Made by a program: the position numbers and the translations under genes. Shown here piece after piece: positions 62,562 to 64,000 of a stretch of 64,000 nt of DNA (position 1 is its first letter; every line of letters starts with the position of its first letter). The notes below the pieces were generated by a model. It did no database searches. It had not been told where the DNA came from and worked only from the letters and a program-made list of their open reading frames with translations. The stretch comes from an uncultured Gammaproteobacteria bacterium (lineage in GTDB: Bacteria; Pseudomonadota; Gammaproteobacteria; Magnimaribacterales; TMED112), in NCBI GenBank assembly GCA_964575305.1, contig CAZNPG010000002.1, positions 18,026-82,025 of the forward strand, read 5' to 3'.

Positions 62562-64000
62562 TTACTCAAACCATGGCTTTCGAGCCTCCATTATAAGAGC
62601 CGATGCTTCCGTTTCAGTAATTTTGTCTGATAAATCCATCAACTCTCCAACTGACATTTCAGCTAATTCATCAAGCTTCTTTATCTTGTTAGCGCTTAAT
62701 GAGCTAAGAATATCATTTGTAATACCACTTAAATTAACCAATGAATCCTCCATAGTAGGATCGCTAAAATCTGCATTAAATGCGTCTTGAAGCAATAATT
62801 CATTAGCTTTATCTAGAACTTCAGTGGTTCTCTTTTCTTCACCAAATATTGCAGAAATGCTGGTAGCATCAAGATCAACAATTTTTTCTAAACTATCAAG
62901 CTCTTTAGCCATTACACCTTCTTTCTCTTTCTCAGAAAGACCTAACCTAGCTGCTAGACCATCATACTTTTCAACTAATGATGAGTCTTGGTATTCTTTG
63001 AATTGTTCTTTATTAAGGACTTGGAAAGACCAGCCAATCATATGAGTCATCAAACGTAAATTTTGACCGTTTTTTCCAATAATCTGTGCTTGATTTTCCT
63101 CTTCAACTTCTAGGACTAAGGTTGATGTTCTTTCATCAACCAGAATGGAATAAATCTTTACTGGTGCAAGACAATTAACAACGAATTCAGCTGGATTATC
63201 GCTATGAATAAAAATATCAATCCTTTCATTTCCAATTTCGTTAGAAACTGCTTGAACTCTTGAGCCTCTCATACCAACACAAGCTCCGACAGGATCTATT
63301 CTGCCATCGTAAGTTTTTACAGCAATTTTTGATCTATAACCAGGATCTCTAGCAATAGCTTTAATCTCAATAGTTCCTTCTGAAATTTCTGGGACTTCCT
63401 GTGTGAATAGTTGAACTACAAGCCTTTCATCTGTTCTGCTTAAAATAATTTGTGGGCCTCTTGGAGTTGTCACAATTTCTTTTATTACCGCTCTGACACG
63501 ATCATTTAATTTAAAGATTTCACCTGGGATAATCTGATCTCTTGGTATTTGAGCATTTAGATCTTCTTCTATTTCTAAGAGTAAGAAATCTCTGTTGATT
63601 CTTTTAACTTGGCCAGATATTACTTCACCAACTAAGCTTTCGTACTTTTGTGTTATTTTGCTTCTTTCAGCTTCCCTAACTTTTTGTATTATTACTTGTT
63701 TAGCAGCTTGGGCAGAGATTCGACCAAAATCTATATTTTCAATTAATTTAGTTGCTATACCATCTTCAACTTTATGCCATCCATCTTTGTCAGCAGCAAT
63801 AGCTTCTTCAGAAACTTCAAAAACCTCATCTTCAACATCATCTTTATCTACAATAATCGTCCAGTTTCTGTAAGTTTTATATTCACCAGAGGTTGTATCA
63901 ATTACTACTTCTATATTAGCTTCATCATCAACTAATTTCTTAGTTGCGCTTGCAATAGCTTCTTCAAGAGCTTCAAAGATTATTGCTTTATCGACCCCTT
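62562..64000 (-). CDS. nusA: Transcription termination/antitermination factor NusA (extreme N-terminus outside the window)
   Basis: The track ORF starts at an internal Met (63473). The same frame remains coding up to the window edge: ...GVDKAIIFEALEEAIASATKK...GEVISGQVKRINRDFLLLEI (S1)...VTTPRGPQIILSRT...KH domains. It is followed by infB. Confidence 0.9.
   Translation of the reverse strand, partial: GVDKAIIFEALEEAIASATKKLVDDEANIEVVIDTTSGEYKTYRNWTIIVDKDDVEDEVFEVSEEAIAADKDGWHKVEDGIATKLIENIDFGRISAQAAKQVIIQKVREAERSKITQKYESLVGEVISGQVKRINRDFLLLEIEEDLNAQIPRDQIIPGEIFKLNDRVRAVIKEIVTTPRGPQIILSRTDERLVVQLFTQEVPEISEGTIEIKAIARDPGYRSKIAVKTYDGRIDPVGACVGMRGSRVQAVSNEIGNERIDIFIHSDNPAEFVVNCLAPVKIYSILVDERTSTLVLEVEEENQAQIIGKNGQNLRLMTHMIGWSFQVLNKEQFKEYQDSSLVEKYDGLAARLGLSEKEKEGVMAKELDSLEKIVDLDATSISAIFGEEKRTTEVLDKANELLLQDAFNADFSDPTMEDSLVNLSGITNDILSSLSANKIKKLDELAEMSVGELMDLSDKITETEASALIMEARKPWFE

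Overview
This 64-kb window is an AT-rich (by eye; base composition not computed), extremely gene-dense chromosomal segment. The gene order is that of a Pseudomonas-type gammaproteobacterium, and the compaction suggests a streamlined, probably marine planktonic lineage; that lineage guess is inference only. I can support about 68 protein genes, 2 tRNAs (Gln-UUG, Met-CAU) and the RNase P RNA. I found no rRNA, CRISPR array, transposase, stand-alone integrase or prophage genes. Content is mainly core housekeeping in conserved blocks joined almost without intergenic DNA:
- pyrG, then alr-dnaB-rplI-rpsR-rpsF.
- A complete dcw cell-wall/division cluster, rsmH to ftsA.
- rnpB-rsmI/lpoA.
- sspA-petCBA-rpsI-rplM, followed by degS-like.
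- murA-mlaC/kdsD-lptA-lptB, then mgtE.
- yhdP-like-mreDCB/gatCAB.
- prmC-prfA-hemA/lolB-ispE-tRNAGln-prs-rplY-pth-ychF, then tRNAMet.
- pnp-rpsO-truB-rbfA-infB-nusA.
Two short lineage-specific blocks interrupt this. One (39.5-44.6 kb) holds an MBL hydrolase, a paraoxonase-like propeller, a MaoC hydratase, an acyl-CoA ligase and a minimal GH84-like enzyme. The other (52.3-56.9 kb) holds two paralogous small membrane proteins, an FAD oxidase, GtrA, ornithine aminotransferase and a CtlX-like hydrolase.
I did not find a convincing self-contained novel multi-gene system such as defence or secretion. The observations most worth follow-up are:
1. ftsZ has moved to the head of the dcw cluster, into the mraZ slot, directly behind rnpB.
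2. A tandem pair of unannotatable small two-TM proteins sits behind a G-rich SD-like tract and is split by a GC-rich hairpin.
3. The Rieske protein carries an in-frame N-terminal extension of about 60-90 aa that resembles an integrase Arm-type domain.
4. A putative exported-lactonase plus CoA-activation operon.
5. Envelope lipid-transport machinery is eroded or miniaturised: a half-length YhdP, an orphan MlaC and a single short LptA-like protein.
6. Divergent gene pairs have physically overlapping start codons.
All homology calls come from reading the translated ORFs against remembered family motifs. No database search was run.
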